Part shown: piece by piece, positions 38,737-49,261 of the stretch
How the letters are laid out: each line of letters opens with the position of its first letter
Numbering within the stretch: the first letter of the stretch is position 1
Source of the DNA: Candidatus Cloacimonadota bacterium
Lineage (GTDB): Bacteria > Cloacimonadota > Cloacimonadia > JGIOTU-2
DNA length: 64,000 nt
NCBI GenBank assembly: GCA_049903315.1
Contig: JBNGBT010000007.1
Span: 6,561-70,560, forward strand
Reading direction: 5' to 3'
Notes under the pieces: generated by a model
Told to the model about the DNA's origin: nothing
The model's database searches: none
The model's input: the letters and a program-made list of their open reading frames with translations, nothing else
Translations under genes and position numbers: made by a program

Positions 38737-39503
38737 AATTGAATGATATTCAAAACCAGAAAGACACAAGAAAAATTCCGATTAATAAAGTTGGCGTCAA
38801 AGGACTCAAATATCCTGTAGTGCTTCAGGACAAATCAAATGGCACCCAGAATTCCGTTGCTGATATCAATATGTATGTTGAACTTCCTCACGATTTCCGT
38901 GGTACTCATATGAGCAGGTTTATAGAGATACTTCACCATTATCATCAGGAAACGATCATTGATAATCTTGAAAAGCTGCTTCAAGAGATGAAAACGAAAC
39001 TTGATGCTGATGTTGCATATCTCGAAATGGAATTTCCTTATTTTATAAAAAAAGCAGCACCTGTGACAAAAGCAGAATCTCTTTCATCTTATCAATGCGG
39101 CTTCAAAGCAAGTCTGGGCAAAAAATTTATTTTTGAAATGTATGCAAAAGTGCCGGTCCTTTCTTTATGCCCTTGTTCGAAAGAAATCAGCACGAATAGC
39201 GCTCATAATCAGAGAGCATATGTGACGGTGAGTATTTTATACAAAGATTTTGTGTGGCTTGAAGAACTTATAGAGCTCATCGAAAAATCCGCAAGCTGTG
39301 AAGTGTATTCATTGTTGAAAAGACCAGATGAGAAATATGTCACAGAGAAAAGCTATGATAATCCAAAATTTGTCGAAGATATAGCGCGGGATATAGCTCT
39401 TGCGCTTAAGAAGGATGTACGAATTTCCAATTTTACCGTTGAAGCTGAAAGCATTGAGTCAATCCATAATCATAATGCTTTTGCTATGATCACAAACTCA
39501 TAA
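38733..39503 (+). CDS. folE2: GTP cyclohydrolase FolE2/MptA family
   Basis: Conserved PVLSLCPCSKEIS block and overall FolE2 layout; start overlaps the apbE stop (ATGA). Confidence 0.78.
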   Translation: MKLNDIQNQKDTRKIPINKVGVKGLKYPVVLQDKSNGTQNSVADINMYVELPHDFRGTHMSRFIEILHHYHQETIIDNLEKLLQEMKTKLDADVAYLEMEFPYFIKKAAPVTKAESLSSYQCGFKASLGKKFIFEMYAKVPVLSLCPCSKEISTNSAHNQRAYVTVSILYKDFVWLEELIELIEKSASCEVYSLLKRPDEKYVTEKSYDNPKFVEDIARDIALALKKDVRISNFTVEAESIESIHNHNAFAMITNS

Positions 39504-39512
39504 GGAAAAATT

Positions 39513-40277
39513 ATGATTAAAAGAGAAAAAATCGTAAAATTTTGTAATGAATATTTGAAGGTAGATACTTTTAAAGATTATTGTTATAATGGACTGCAGA
39601 TTGAGGGGAAAGAAGATATTTCTAAGATTGTGACCGGTGTGAGTCTTTCCAGACAGTTTATTGAAAAAGCAATTGAGGAAAAAGCTGATATGATAGTGGT
39701 CCATCACGGTTTATTTAAGAATCAGCTTGGCGATCCACCTCGAATAATCGGCATTTTTAAGAATAGAATTAAATTACTGATGCAACACGACATAAACCTC
39801 TGTGGCTATCATCTCCCCCTTGATGCGCATCCTGAAATAGGTAATAATATCAGTCTTGCGCGACTTTTAAAACTCATAAACCTCGAACATCTGATTTCCC
39901 CATATTATGGTGAGATTGGATATATTGGAGACATGAAGGTTGAAATGAAATTCATTGATTTTATCTCATATGTTAATAAAATGCTTCATACACAATCATT
40001 TATCATTGCGGCAGGTCATGAATGGGTAAAAAAGGTTGGCATCATATCCGGTGGAAGTGCTATTGAATATTCTGAAGCATTTGCACAAGGCGCAGATACA
40101 TTCATTACTGGAGAAATAAAAGAGAATATCGTGCGTGAAGTTGAAGAAACAGGAATGAATTTTATTAATGCAGGACACTATAATACCGAAAAACTCGGCA
40201 TACAAAACCTGGGGAAACTTGTGTCAGAGAAGTTCAACATTCAGATGAAATTCATTGATATTCCATGTGAGGTATAA
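39513..40277 (+). CDS. Nif3 family dinuclear metal-centre protein (YqfO/YbgI-like)
   Basis: MIVVHHGLFK, HLPLDAHPEIGNN, INAGHYNTE conserved His clusters of the NIF3 family. Confidence 0.8.
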   Translation: MIKREKIVKFCNEYLKVDTFKDYCYNGLQIEGKEDISKIVTGVSLSRQFIEKAIEEKADMIVVHHGLFKNQLGDPPRIIGIFKNRIKLLMQHDINLCGYHLPLDAHPEIGNNISLARLLKLINLEHLISPYYGEIGYIGDMKVEMKFIDFISYVNKMLHTQSFIIAAGHEWVKKVGIISGGSAIEYSEAFAQGADTFITGEIKENIVREVEETGMNFINAGHYNTEKLGIQNLGKLVSEKFNIQMKFIDIPCEV

Positions 40278-40346
40278 TTTTTGACACATTATTGACAGAA
40301 AAATTTTCTATTTATAAATGTTGATTATTCACATTTAGGAGATACA

Positions 40347-41618
40347 ATGATTGGCGGTCCTTCAAAGAAAAAGGTCATGGAAGAGCTCGAGCAGAAGAAT
40401 AAGCGTATTCGAGAACTCGAAATAATGGAGAGTAAATATCAACAAACACGTGAGAATTTGCTCCAAATTGCTCGAAATCTTAATCAAAGAATCAGTGAAG
40501 TCAAATGTCTTTATAATATAACAAGTCTCGTAGAAAAACCGAACATCACAATTGAAGGTGTTTTAAAGGGAACAATCGAACAAGTACCAAAAGCATGGCA
40601 ATTTCCAGAAATAACTTGTGCAAAAGTTACTTGGGGTGAAAAGGAATTTCAAACCGAGAATTACCATACACCGATTTCTTATCTCAAAGCTGAAATTAAA
40701 GTTTACGGAGAATCCGTCGCAACAATCGAGGTTGGTTATCTTGAGAAGAAACCGACGAGTTTTGAAGGTCCCTTTACAAAAGATGAGAGGGAACTCCTCA
40801 ACTCTATTGCAAAGCAGCTTGGTCGGATCATCGAACAAAAACAAGCCGAACAGGGTTTGATCAGATTGCAGAAAGCAATACAAACCATGCGCCTTGGAGT
40901 TACTATTACTGATCAGGATAGAAATATTGTCTATACGAATCCTGCAGATGCAAAGATGCATGGATATACTGTTGAGGAATTGATTGGAAAGGATGTGCGC
41001 CTTTTCTCTCCAAAGGAAAACATCTCTCCTGTAGATGAAATCGATAAGTGGAAAGGAATGACGCGGGAAAGCGTCAATTTACGTAAAGATGGTTCTTCTT
41101 TCCCGGTAAGGCTTGTCTCTGATGTAGTGAAAGATAATGAAGGTGAGACTGTTGGATTTGTAACAATCTCAGAAGATCTCACTGAGCGTATGAGTGCAGA
41201 ACATGCAAAAAAAGCTTTCGAAACTATGCGCCTTGGTGTCACCCTTACAGATACCGACAGAAGAATTATATACACAAATCCCGCAGACGCACTTATGCAT
41301 GGATACGAAGTCGCTGAACTCCTTGGCAAGGACGTGCGGCTATTTTCCCCGCCTGATCTTCATAAATACACCACAAAGGGTGAAATCACTAAATGGAAGG
41401 GCAAAGTTCGTGAGAGTATAAATATCCGCAAGGATGGCACATTATTCGCAGTACGCCTTATTACTGATGTTGTGAAAAATATGCGGGGAGAAACCATTGC
41501 TTTTGTCACAATATCTGAAGATATTTCTGACAGGGTAACAATACACGAGGTTGATCCTGAATCTGAAAGTAAAGAAAAGATCGATTTCGGAGAAACAGGA
41601 CATCCATTAAAAAGTTAA
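40347..41618 (+). CDS. Tandem PAS-domain protein with N-terminal coiled coil and no recognisable output domain
   Basis: Two ~65%-identical PAS-like repeats (MRLGVT[IL]TD.DR.I[VI]YTNPADA.MHGY.V.EL[IL]GKDVRLFSP ... KWKG..RES[VI]N[LI]RKDG..F.VRL..DVVK...GET..FVTISED). Confidence 0.7.
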   Translation: MIGGPSKKKVMEELEQKNKRIRELEIMESKYQQTRENLLQIARNLNQRISEVKCLYNITSLVEKPNITIEGVLKGTIEQVPKAWQFPEITCAKVTWGEKEFQTENYHTPISYLKAEIKVYGESVATIEVGYLEKKPTSFEGPFTKDERELLNSIAKQLGRIIEQKQAEQGLIRLQKAIQTMRLGVTITDQDRNIVYTNPADAKMHGYTVEELIGKDVRLFSPKENISPVDEIDKWKGMTRESVNLRKDGSSFPVRLVSDVVKDNEGETVGFVTISEDLTERMSAEHAKKAFETMRLGVTLTDTDRRIIYTNPADALMHGYEVAELLGKDVRLFSPPDLHKYTTKGEITKWKGKVRESINIRKDGTLFAVRLITDVVKNMRGETIAFVTISEDISDRVTIHEVDPESESKEKIDFGETGHPLKS

Positions 41619-41643
41619 AGATATTCCTATTTATATATTAAAT

Positions 41644-41674
41644 GAACCTCTCAGCCTGAGAGGTTCTTTTTTTT
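41644..41674. terminator. Bidirectional rho-independent terminator between convergent genes
   Basis: GAACCTCTCAG / CTGAGAGGTTC inverted repeat followed by T8 on the plus strand; lies just past the stop of the minus-strand gene. Confidence 0.6.
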
Positions 41675-42470
41675 ATTCAATAATTTCTAAAAGGGAAGCT
41701 TTGTAGTGTAAATTTTCATCACCGGACAACCATTTATCCAACCCATGATACAATGCTTTTTTCCATGAACCATGCATCGGATTTGGTAAAATGATGAATT
41801 TTCGTCCCCATTCTGTACGAAGTGAATCTGTAATATTTTTTCGTTCATCAATGGATTCATTATAATAATCACCAAGAAAATCAACACAATTATCACCTAT
41901 AAATAGAATGACAACATAATCTTCACTTACCTTGTCGCGTCTCTGTTGTTTAGTATCATCTGAGTCCCGCATAAGTAGGTGATTATTATCAGCTTGGGGA
42001 AGTTCCAGATCTACAATCTGCTGAAGTGTGATGTCAGTAGAATTATCCCTTCTGTTCGTTACATAGAAAATACTGTAACCTTCTTTATCAAGATACTCTA
42101 AGAACTCACCCGCTCCCGGAATGAGTGTTGCGTCACCGGACGCAATCCATTCATAGAATTCCTTAGGATATTCTTGCTCTCTTATCACACCGGTAGCATT
42201 ATATTTTGCATTGAATAAGACCGTCTCATCTAGATCAATAATGACAGCACGTGGTTTAGGCCATTCTTTCATCAGATCAATATGGATTCTGTCATATGCG
42301 ACATTGAATGCCTGGTAACACAGCGCTCGGTATTCGGATGACGTTTGCTGCCACAATGCAGCAGTGAGACTTTCTTTCTCATTGAAACCATCATCTTCTG
42401 CAATGACAAATGAGGGAAATGAGCATAATATGATAAAAGTTATAATACCAAAAATTAAATATTTTTTCAT
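41673..42470 (-). CDS. HAD-superfamily class B acid phosphatase / 5'-nucleotidase, lipoprotein e(P4)-like
   Basis: Signal peptide; DxDET motif (VIIDLDETVLFN); FYVTNRRD; IGDNCVDF. Confidence 0.72.
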   Translation of the reverse strand: MKKYLIFGIITFIILCSFPSFVIAEDDGFNEKESLTAALWQQTSSEYRALCYQAFNVAYDRIHIDLMKEWPKPRAVIIDLDETVLFNAKYNATGVIREQEYPKEFYEWIASGDATLIPGAGEFLEYLDKEGYSIFYVTNRRDNSTDITLQQIVDLELPQADNNHLLMRDSDDTKQQRRDKVSEDYVVILFIGDNCVDFLGDYYNESIDERKNITDSLRTEWGRKFIILPNPMHGSWKKALYHGLDKWLSGDENLHYKASLLEIIE

Positions 42471-42484
42471 GATTATCCTTATTT

Positions 42485-43429
42485 TTAAAACCATTTCCGT
42501 TTTATAAAAATTATCACACCCACCAATGCAAGCAATACCGATGCTACCATTAAGATCGCAAATGCGTGTGCAGATCGGGCAAAAGGAAGGGCAATATTCA
42601 TTCCATAAATGCTTGATATGAGAGTGGGAAGCATGAGTATAATTGTGACTGAAGTAAGGAACTTCATTACTTTATTCAGGTTATTGGAAATCATCGAAGC
42701 AAATGCATCCATGGTACTTCGCAGAATATTTGCATGGATCGAGGTCATTTCCAGCGCCTGCTTATTATCAATGATCATATCTTCGAGAAGATCAGCATCT
42801 TCTTCAAATTTGGTGAAAGTACCTACGCGTGACAGCTTCTCCATGACAGATTCGTTTGATCTTAAAGATGTGGCAAAATACACCAAACTTTTCTGCAAGT
42901 CCAGCAGATCCATGAGGCGTTCATTATTCATTGAATCCTCGAGTTGATCTTCAATAGCATTGGATATTTTGTTGATTCTTTTGAGATAGTTTAAATAAAC
43001 CGTTGCAGTTCGCGACAAGATCTGAAGTATCAAGCGGTTTCTCTTCGCAATGGAAAAATTTTTCACCCTTCCTTTGACAAAGTTTTGAAGTACATCATCA
43101 TCCTTTGAAGAAACTGTAATGATGCATTTTTCCGTGAGTATTATCCCTAAAGGAAAGGTAATAAATTGGATCGCAGCTTCTTCATCATCCTGGAAATAGG
43201 GGGTCTGGATAATAAGCAGTCTTTTTCCATCTTCAAGCTCCATACGGGGACTCTCATTTTCGTCGAGAGGATCTTCGATGAAATCTTTAGGAATATCAAA
43301 AGTTGTAGTTATCATCTCGATCTCTTCCTGTGTAGGGGAGACAAGATATACCCAGATATTTTCTTCGAGAAGATCGTACTGTTCTTTCTCAGTAAATTTT
43401 CCATCTACAGTTTTAAATACTTTTATCAT
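42485..43429 (-). CDS. corA: CorA-family magnesium/cobalt transporter
   Basis: YGMN signature (ISSIYGMNIALPF) before two C-terminal TM helices. Confidence 0.85.
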   Translation of the reverse strand: MIKVFKTVDGKFTEKEQYDLLEENIWVYLVSPTQEEIEMITTTFDIPKDFIEDPLDENESPRMELEDGKRLLIIQTPYFQDDEEAAIQFITFPLGIILTEKCIITVSSKDDDVLQNFVKGRVKNFSIAKRNRLILQILSRTATVYLNYLKRINKISNAIEDQLEDSMNNERLMDLLDLQKSLVYFATSLRSNESVMEKLSRVGTFTKFEEDADLLEDMIIDNKQALEMTSIHANILRSTMDAFASMISNNLNKVMKFLTSVTIILMLPTLISSIYGMNIALPFARSAHAFAILMVASVLLALVGVIIFIKRKWF

Positions 43430-43628
43430 ATTGACCTACCAAAACCTAGGTTATGAAGAAATCAGAATGAGTGGTTTTCGTTGTCAAGGAAATGAAAGAT
43501 GGCACACCGTTAACTATTAATACTGAGCCAATTTAAACCACCGAGAACACAGAGAATCACAGAGAAAGTCTAATGAAAAACATTTTCAATCCTCTTGCTT
43601 TCATTTCCTCTCCTTGCCAAAGAGAGGT

Positions 43629-45980
43629 TTATGGTGAGGTTAGTTTCACTATCTTCCTCACAACCGCAGTATCTTCAAACTCAAGTGAACAAAAATACAC
43701 TCCTGGTGCAGTGATGTTCCCATCCATATCCTTGCCATACCACACTATTTCATTTATTGCCCAGAAATGCTCATCTGGTCCGTAAAACCTTCGTACAAGC
43801 TGTCCTCGAGAATTGTAGATTGAAACCTGGTATTCTCTCACTCTGTCATAATCCAATGATGTAAAAGAAATTGTTGTTTGATCTTTGAAAGGATTTGGGG
43901 TGTTCTTAAAGAAATACAGGTTATTTACCACATTCGTATCTGGATCTACACTGTATCCCTGCCATTCCAGAGCTCCCATGTCGATTCTTCCTCCATAAAT
44001 ACGAGGATTTCCTGCAACATCCACCCAGGGAAGATGCAATCCGGTTGTATCCGGTGTGCCTGCATCGATACAGGGAGAAGTGCTCGATAAATAATAAGGA
44101 TAATCTCCCGTACCTGTAAACTGTGGATAATCATCGATATTTCCGTCCAGCCAGTTTACGATATTAGCATTGTGCTCATTCCAAACACCATCTTCTCCAT
44201 TTTTAATATCATTGTATTGAAGATTGAGTGTTGATATGATCCCATAATTGGATAAATCCCACACAAATATCTCAGCAGGTGTATTGTCGTTCCACATAAT
44301 ATTATTAGATATCTCGACATTTCCTCCTACAGTTAAAGCTGCTCTTTGTGCCTCATTCCCAGAAAAAGTATTATTGGTGATGAAAACATCTCCCATTGGA
44401 TCGGTCGATGAACACGACATAATAGACACCGACGGTGTTGAATTATTAGAAATAACTGAATTTCTTACTTCTAATGTAGGATTGCAGAATTGGTCATAAC
44501 TGAGTATAAACAAAGTAATATCTGCATTATTATTACTATTATTATCGAAAATACAATTTTTTATTTTTCCATATTCATGTGCATTTATCTTTAAGATAAA
44601 TGAAAAAACACCATGCGAATAGTTATTCGAAAAAACACAATTTTCTATCTTCGCATTATATTTCCAATGTAATATACTATTTACCCAATTGGTTTGAATA
44701 TTATTAAACAACAAATTTTTATATAATACTGAATCAGAGTAATTTATATAAAAAATGCTTCCATTTTCGCATATTATATCATTAAACTTTAAATTCTCAA
44801 ACTTATAATTTTTATTTTTTCCCTTTGAGGAATAAATTACATTATTGATAGTACATTCTGCCCAAAAAGTAAAATTTATAATACTTATATTTTTTTTCAT
44901 ATTTGTAGAAAAGACCGTTGTCGAAAAAAAATCATCGTCATGTATAATCTTCGTATCGATATTCTCACCAATGAGTGATGTATTGCTTTTCATAGATATC
45001 GGAAATAACTGGTCATTAATAATTTTTGAATAAATCCCTTCTGCCACATGAACCACCTTCGGACTTAAGCTGTCATTTGCAATTCGATAGGTCGCCAATG
45101 CAATAGTTTTTAAAGGATCATCTGGTGACAATCCGCTGTTATTGTCATCACCGTCTGGGGCAACATACAAATCGTGGTTTATCTCTTCCATCCATACGTT
45201 TTGAATATCAAATAAAAATTCACCCGAATATCCATAATTACAAATGTATTCTGCAAAATATCCATCTGGATTAAATACAGTAAATGTATCTACAAAAACA
45301 TGCACTTTACATGAATCATACGCATACATATCCTGTCCTAAACCAGCATGATTATTATAGAAATTGCATAAGTTATTAGGATCAAAAATAGGTTTAGCAG
45401 AAAAATCAAATATTCCCCCCCCAACGTTTGCATAATTTTGCCTCATTGTTACGCCAGATAAATAGATTGGAAATATGTTGTGAGGAACACCGCCAGCAAA
45501 TATCCCACCTCCTTCACATGCAATATTTTCTTTTATTATACAATTAATTACATTCAGTTCAGTATCATCCGCATACCAATTTGATACCAGTATACCCCCT
45601 CCTCTTGAGAAATATATTGGCCATACTGTTCCTTTACCATTAGTAATAGTAAATCCTTGTATTACTGCATTCTCATTGTTTAATACTGTTACACAACTCC
45701 CTGATCGGTCTCCATCGATTATTGTCGAATCAATAAATACCTTATTTCTAGTTGTGAGTTCTAAACTCGCTAATGTAATACTATGCCCGTTAAAATTTAC
45801 ATTCTCGATATATCTCCCGGGATATACTAAAACAACATCTCCATCTACAGAATTGTCTATTCCATCCTGAATAGTTAAATAATCCCCTGTACCGTCAATA
45901 TCGACGGTTATTGTATCTGAATATATATCTGAGAGTATAAGAATTATAAGTAATATTTGTAGTAATATTATTTTTTTCAT
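43629..45980 (-). CDS. Right-handed beta-helix repeat protein with T9SS C-terminal sorting domain, 783 aa
   Basis: Signal peptide; many NxxGGGI-type beta-helix repeats; PCIDAGTPDTTGLHLP...RIDMGALEWQG; C-terminal CTD (TPNPFKDQTTISF...GVYFCSL). Confidence 0.75.
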   Translation of the reverse strand: MKKIILLQILLIILILSDIYSDTITVDIDGTGDYLTIQDGIDNSVDGDVVLVYPGRYIENVNFNGHSITLASLELTTRNKVFIDSTIIDGDRSGSCVTVLNNENAVIQGFTITNGKGTVWPIYFSRGGGILVSNWYADDTELNVINCIIKENIACEGGGIFAGGVPHNIFPIYLSGVTMRQNYANVGGGIFDFSAKPIFDPNNLCNFYNNHAGLGQDMYAYDSCKVHVFVDTFTVFNPDGYFAEYICNYGYSGEFLFDIQNVWMEEINHDLYVAPDGDDNNSGLSPDDPLKTIALATYRIANDSLSPKVVHVAEGIYSKIINDQLFPISMKSNTSLIGENIDTKIIHDDDFFSTTVFSTNMKKNISIINFTFWAECTINNVIYSSKGKNKNYKFENLKFNDIICENGSIFYINYSDSVLYKNLLFNNIQTNWVNSILHWKYNAKIENCVFSNNYSHGVFSFILKINAHEYGKIKNCIFDNNSNNNADITLFILSYDQFCNPTLEVRNSVISNNSTPSVSIMSCSSTDPMGDVFITNNTFSGNEAQRAALTVGGNVEISNNIMWNDNTPAEIFVWDLSNYGIISTLNLQYNDIKNGEDGVWNEHNANIVNWLDGNIDDYPQFTGTGDYPYYLSSTSPCIDAGTPDTTGLHLPWVDVAGNPRIYGGRIDMGALEWQGYSVDPDTNVVNNLYFFKNTPNPFKDQTTISFTSLDYDRVREYQVSIYNSRGQLVRRFYGPDEHFWAINEIVWYGKDMDGNITAPGVYFCSLEFEDTAVVRKIVKLTSP

Positions 45981-46037
45981 TACGATCCTTTTTTATAAAG
46001 GGTGCACCACACAAGTGATGCACCCTCACTGTTTGTG

Positions 46038-48785
46038 CTATCTCATCAACAGCAGCTTTTTAACAATATCTTTTTCGGAAGTAGATAATTTGTAGAAATA
46101 TACTCCATTTGGTACGAGTTTTCCCTGTTCGTCTGTTCCATTCCATGTAACTGAATGAATTCCGCTTGATTGCTCGCCATCCTTAAGTGAGGTAACGTAT
46201 TGACCTTTACAGTTATAGATCGATAGATTAATCTTGACCTGATCCGGTAATGAATACTTTATCGTAACGTTATTACATACGGGATTGGGAAAATTCATAA
46301 TTTTGTAATCAGGGGGAGTAAATGAATGTTCTCCATTTGTAAGAGAAACCATATAATAATCTTTTACTCCGTCTATATGAACAGTTCCTTGATGTAACTC
46401 CATTGAGACCGGATCGTAGGTGTAGTAATCCACTACTTTTATATTTCCTGCTTTACCACCATAATACATTTCGAATGTCATATCTCCTGAAGTGCCGTCA
46501 TTCATGTATGCACGGATATCCATCTCATCATTGGTTACAATTTCCGCTCCCTTGCATACATCATCTATATATACCGCTACTTCAAGAGGTAGCTCTTCAG
46601 GATCGAGTTCAACGTAGATGGGTATATAGTCCGCTTTCTCTTCAAAATCGAAATTCTGTGCTTTTCCTCTCTCTTCAGGAGGTTCGCCTCCACCCGTATA
46701 ACTCCATACAAAATCTTCATCTTCAAAGCATTTTACTACAACACAATCTCCATAATTCAGAACTCTTCTATCTTGAGGTCTCACCCAGGGGCTTTCCGGT
46801 TCAGGTTCTTCTCTCTGGTATGTCCAATTTTGCGTCTGTATGAAGTACATATTATCTATTGAGTTCTCAAAAGCGTCATTGACATCCTGTGTTTCGTCGA
46901 TGAAATACCCGATCCAATTTTCGAGATTGTCTGCCACTAAAGGTATTTCAGTATCAGGATCTGCCAGAAATCCGGGCACATCGATCGTGACTGGCTCTTC
47001 ATTCAGCATCTTGAATTTGTAACCCTGTCTGCTGGTGAAAATATGTTCTTTATTTTCCCAATCTCCCTGATAATAATAAATCATATTTAAATCCTCAGGA
47101 TCTCCAACGGTTCGCCAAAAACAGGTATCAAGATTTGTTTGAGCAGGATTTATTATATCATACAATAAATATTGAGCCATATCCCCAACATAATCTTTTG
47201 CATCGGTCAGTGTGTCGAGTACAGGATAACACATCCACCGCCATTCATAGCCATATATTGGCAGATCCCAATCATTCCATTGGTGTGTAATTGCAGGAAG
47301 AGCGCCCATGTCAGAGGGGGTTCCATCGGTATCGTTGTATAAGGAATCAGGATTGCCGGTATCTATGCACGGAGAAAAACCGTTCACATCCCATTTCAAT
47401 GAATAGTCACTACTGTCTGGTTTGTTGAATTTAGGATTCACTTCTAGACATCCATCACCTTCAATAACTCCAGAATAGTTATTAGAATCATTTCCATGGG
47501 AATTACAATATATTACTTCAATTTGCGTTTCACTTACAATTCCCGTTTCATTATTAGCTACAATATTATTAAAGATAATATCATTATTATTCCCAGAAGT
47601 TGAGCAAATATAAATTCCAGATTCATTTTCATTATTCACTATTGTGTTGTTTATTACTTCAATATCAGTAACATTATAACCTAAACAAATAGCACCACCA
47701 TCATCTCCTGAACCATCCATAATAATATTATTACTAATTACTACTTCATCGCATTCTACTCCAATGGCACTTGCATAAGAAAAAGTAGATGATCCGGCTC
47801 CCATTGTATTACCAATAAATTCATTTCCTATTATTTCTGCTCCTTCATACCATCTAATTGTTACAGCTCCACCAGTTTCCGATGAGTTATCTTCAAATAG
47901 ATTGCTGTGAATGTATCCACCATCTAATATTGCTCCGCTATAACCTCCCCAATCTATTTCATCATCTACTGCAGTAGATGAACATCGTCTTACTGTGTTA
48001 CACTCGATTGACGAACCACCGTATATTCCAGCACCTCCCCAACCTTCTGTTTCACAATCTTCTATAGTATTTTCATACACAATGGCTTGAACTGCATATA
48101 TCCCCCCACCTTCATTGGCAGAACAATCAGAAATTGTATTATAGCTTATGGTCATATCCTCATGTGTAGCCCAAATACCGCCACCTTTCCCAAAGTAATT
48201 ATTTTGGGTTGATGTGCAATGCTCGATAGTGTTGTGTGAAATTAATCCGGGGGAATCGATTGATATACCTCCTCCATTGCGATATTGTTCAGTACAATAA
48301 CAACTATCAATATCATTATATGTGATAAGACAGTAATCGCAGTCATTGATAAATATACCGTGACTATTACAGTTTTTTATTACATTATTATAAATCAATA
48401 AACCTGAACTTTCTGTACATAATATTCCAATATTAAAGTTATTTAAAGTAAAACCAATTATCTTATCCTGAGGATATTCAGTCTCAGCTTCATCTAGATC
48501 AAAAGCAGTTTCGGTTCCGGTACCTTGTATTATACAACTATCAGCTCCATTCTGAGATGTAACTGTAATATTTTTCTCTGTTCCATCCCAGTATAGGTTT
48601 ATGTTATTAGCACCAGTATATATTCCGTCCTTAACAAGAACGATGTCACCATCATCTGCTGCATTTATACCAGCTTGTATTGTGAGATAATCTCCACCGC
48701 CATTGCAATCTACTACTATTGTATCAGTAAATCCTAATGCTGATATTAACAGTATAAATACTGCTATCACAATTATTTTTTTCAT
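46038..48785 (-). CDS. Right-handed beta-helix repeat protein with T9SS C-terminal sorting domain, ~915 aa
   Basis: ATG at 48785 preceded by AGGAGA; signal peptide; beta-helix repeats; C-terminal CTD (FPNPVCNNVTIKY...GVYFYKL). Confidence 0.75.
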   Translation of the reverse strand: MKKIIVIAVFILLISALGFTDTIVVDCNGGGDYLTIQAGINAADDGDIVLVKDGIYTGANNINLYWDGTEKNITVTSQNGADSCIIQGTGTETAFDLDEAETEYPQDKIIGFTLNNFNIGILCTESSGLLIYNNVIKNCNSHGIFINDCDYCLITYNDIDSCYCTEQYRNGGGISIDSPGLISHNTIEHCTSTQNNYFGKGGGIWATHEDMTISYNTISDCSANEGGGIYAVQAIVYENTIEDCETEGWGGAGIYGGSSIECNTVRRCSSTAVDDEIDWGGYSGAILDGGYIHSNLFEDNSSETGGAVTIRWYEGAEIIGNEFIGNTMGAGSSTFSYASAIGVECDEVVISNNIIMDGSGDDGGAICLGYNVTDIEVINNTIVNNENESGIYICSTSGNNNDIIFNNIVANNETGIVSETQIEVIYCNSHGNDSNNYSGVIEGDGCLEVNPKFNKPDSSDYSLKWDVNGFSPCIDTGNPDSLYNDTDGTPSDMGALPAITHQWNDWDLPIYGYEWRWMCYPVLDTLTDAKDYVGDMAQYLLYDIINPAQTNLDTCFWRTVGDPEDLNMIYYYQGDWENKEHIFTSRQGYKFKMLNEEPVTIDVPGFLADPDTEIPLVADNLENWIGYFIDETQDVNDAFENSIDNMYFIQTQNWTYQREEPEPESPWVRPQDRRVLNYGDCVVVKCFEDEDFVWSYTGGGEPPEERGKAQNFDFEEKADYIPIYVELDPEELPLEVAVYIDDVCKGAEIVTNDEMDIRAYMNDGTSGDMTFEMYYGGKAGNIKVVDYYTYDPVSMELHQGTVHIDGVKDYYMVSLTNGEHSFTPPDYKIMNFPNPVCNNVTIKYSLPDQVKINLSIYNCKGQYVTSLKDGEQSSGIHSVTWNGTDEQGKLVPNGVYFYKLSTSEKDIVKKLLLMR

Positions 48786-49053
48786 TATTCTCCTTATTTT
48801 CTGTGAACACATTAACTCTCAAAAGAGAAGCCCATAATTATTATCCCTAACATCATAATCAGCCCAGTCTGCGAAAGCAACTCTCATATTCCGATAACCT
48901 CACTATTCCCGGGAAACGGAATAGTAAGGTAGGAATTAAGGAATTTATTTTTCCCGAGAATTGATAATGTTGTATTTGTGTTGTATTTTGCCTTATTAAA
49001 ATATGCCAAATTGTAGTAACTTGCATAATATATGTCAGTTACTAAATTCAAAT

Positions 49054-49063
49054 GGGGGGGGGG
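49054..49063. repeat. G10 homopolymer tract in the divergent intergenic region
   Basis: Ten consecutive G in an otherwise AT-rich intergenic region between the 46038-48785 gene (minus) and purL (plus). Confidence 0.9.
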
Positions 49064-49261
49064 TAAGTCCTCCCAAAATATTCTTCCAATTTTCTTTCGT
49101 TGCCATCATATTTTTTCCTTTGGATTGAATTGTTGAAAATAATTTATAGGTGTCAAATTTTTTGGAAAAATTCACTTCTCATCAGTTTTCTTGACGAGTA
49201 AAAGGCTACTAAATTTTTAGTGAATATAGCGTTTTATGCTAATAATAGCTGCTGAGGATAC

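Noticed and set aside
49035-49109. 24-codon minus-strand ORF (MMATKENWKNILGGLTPPPFEFSN) with an RBS, spanning the G10 tract
   Set aside because: Both the in-frame product and the 78-aa product after a 1-nt slip are low-complexity Tyr/Asn-rich, typical of AT-rich non-coding sequence.
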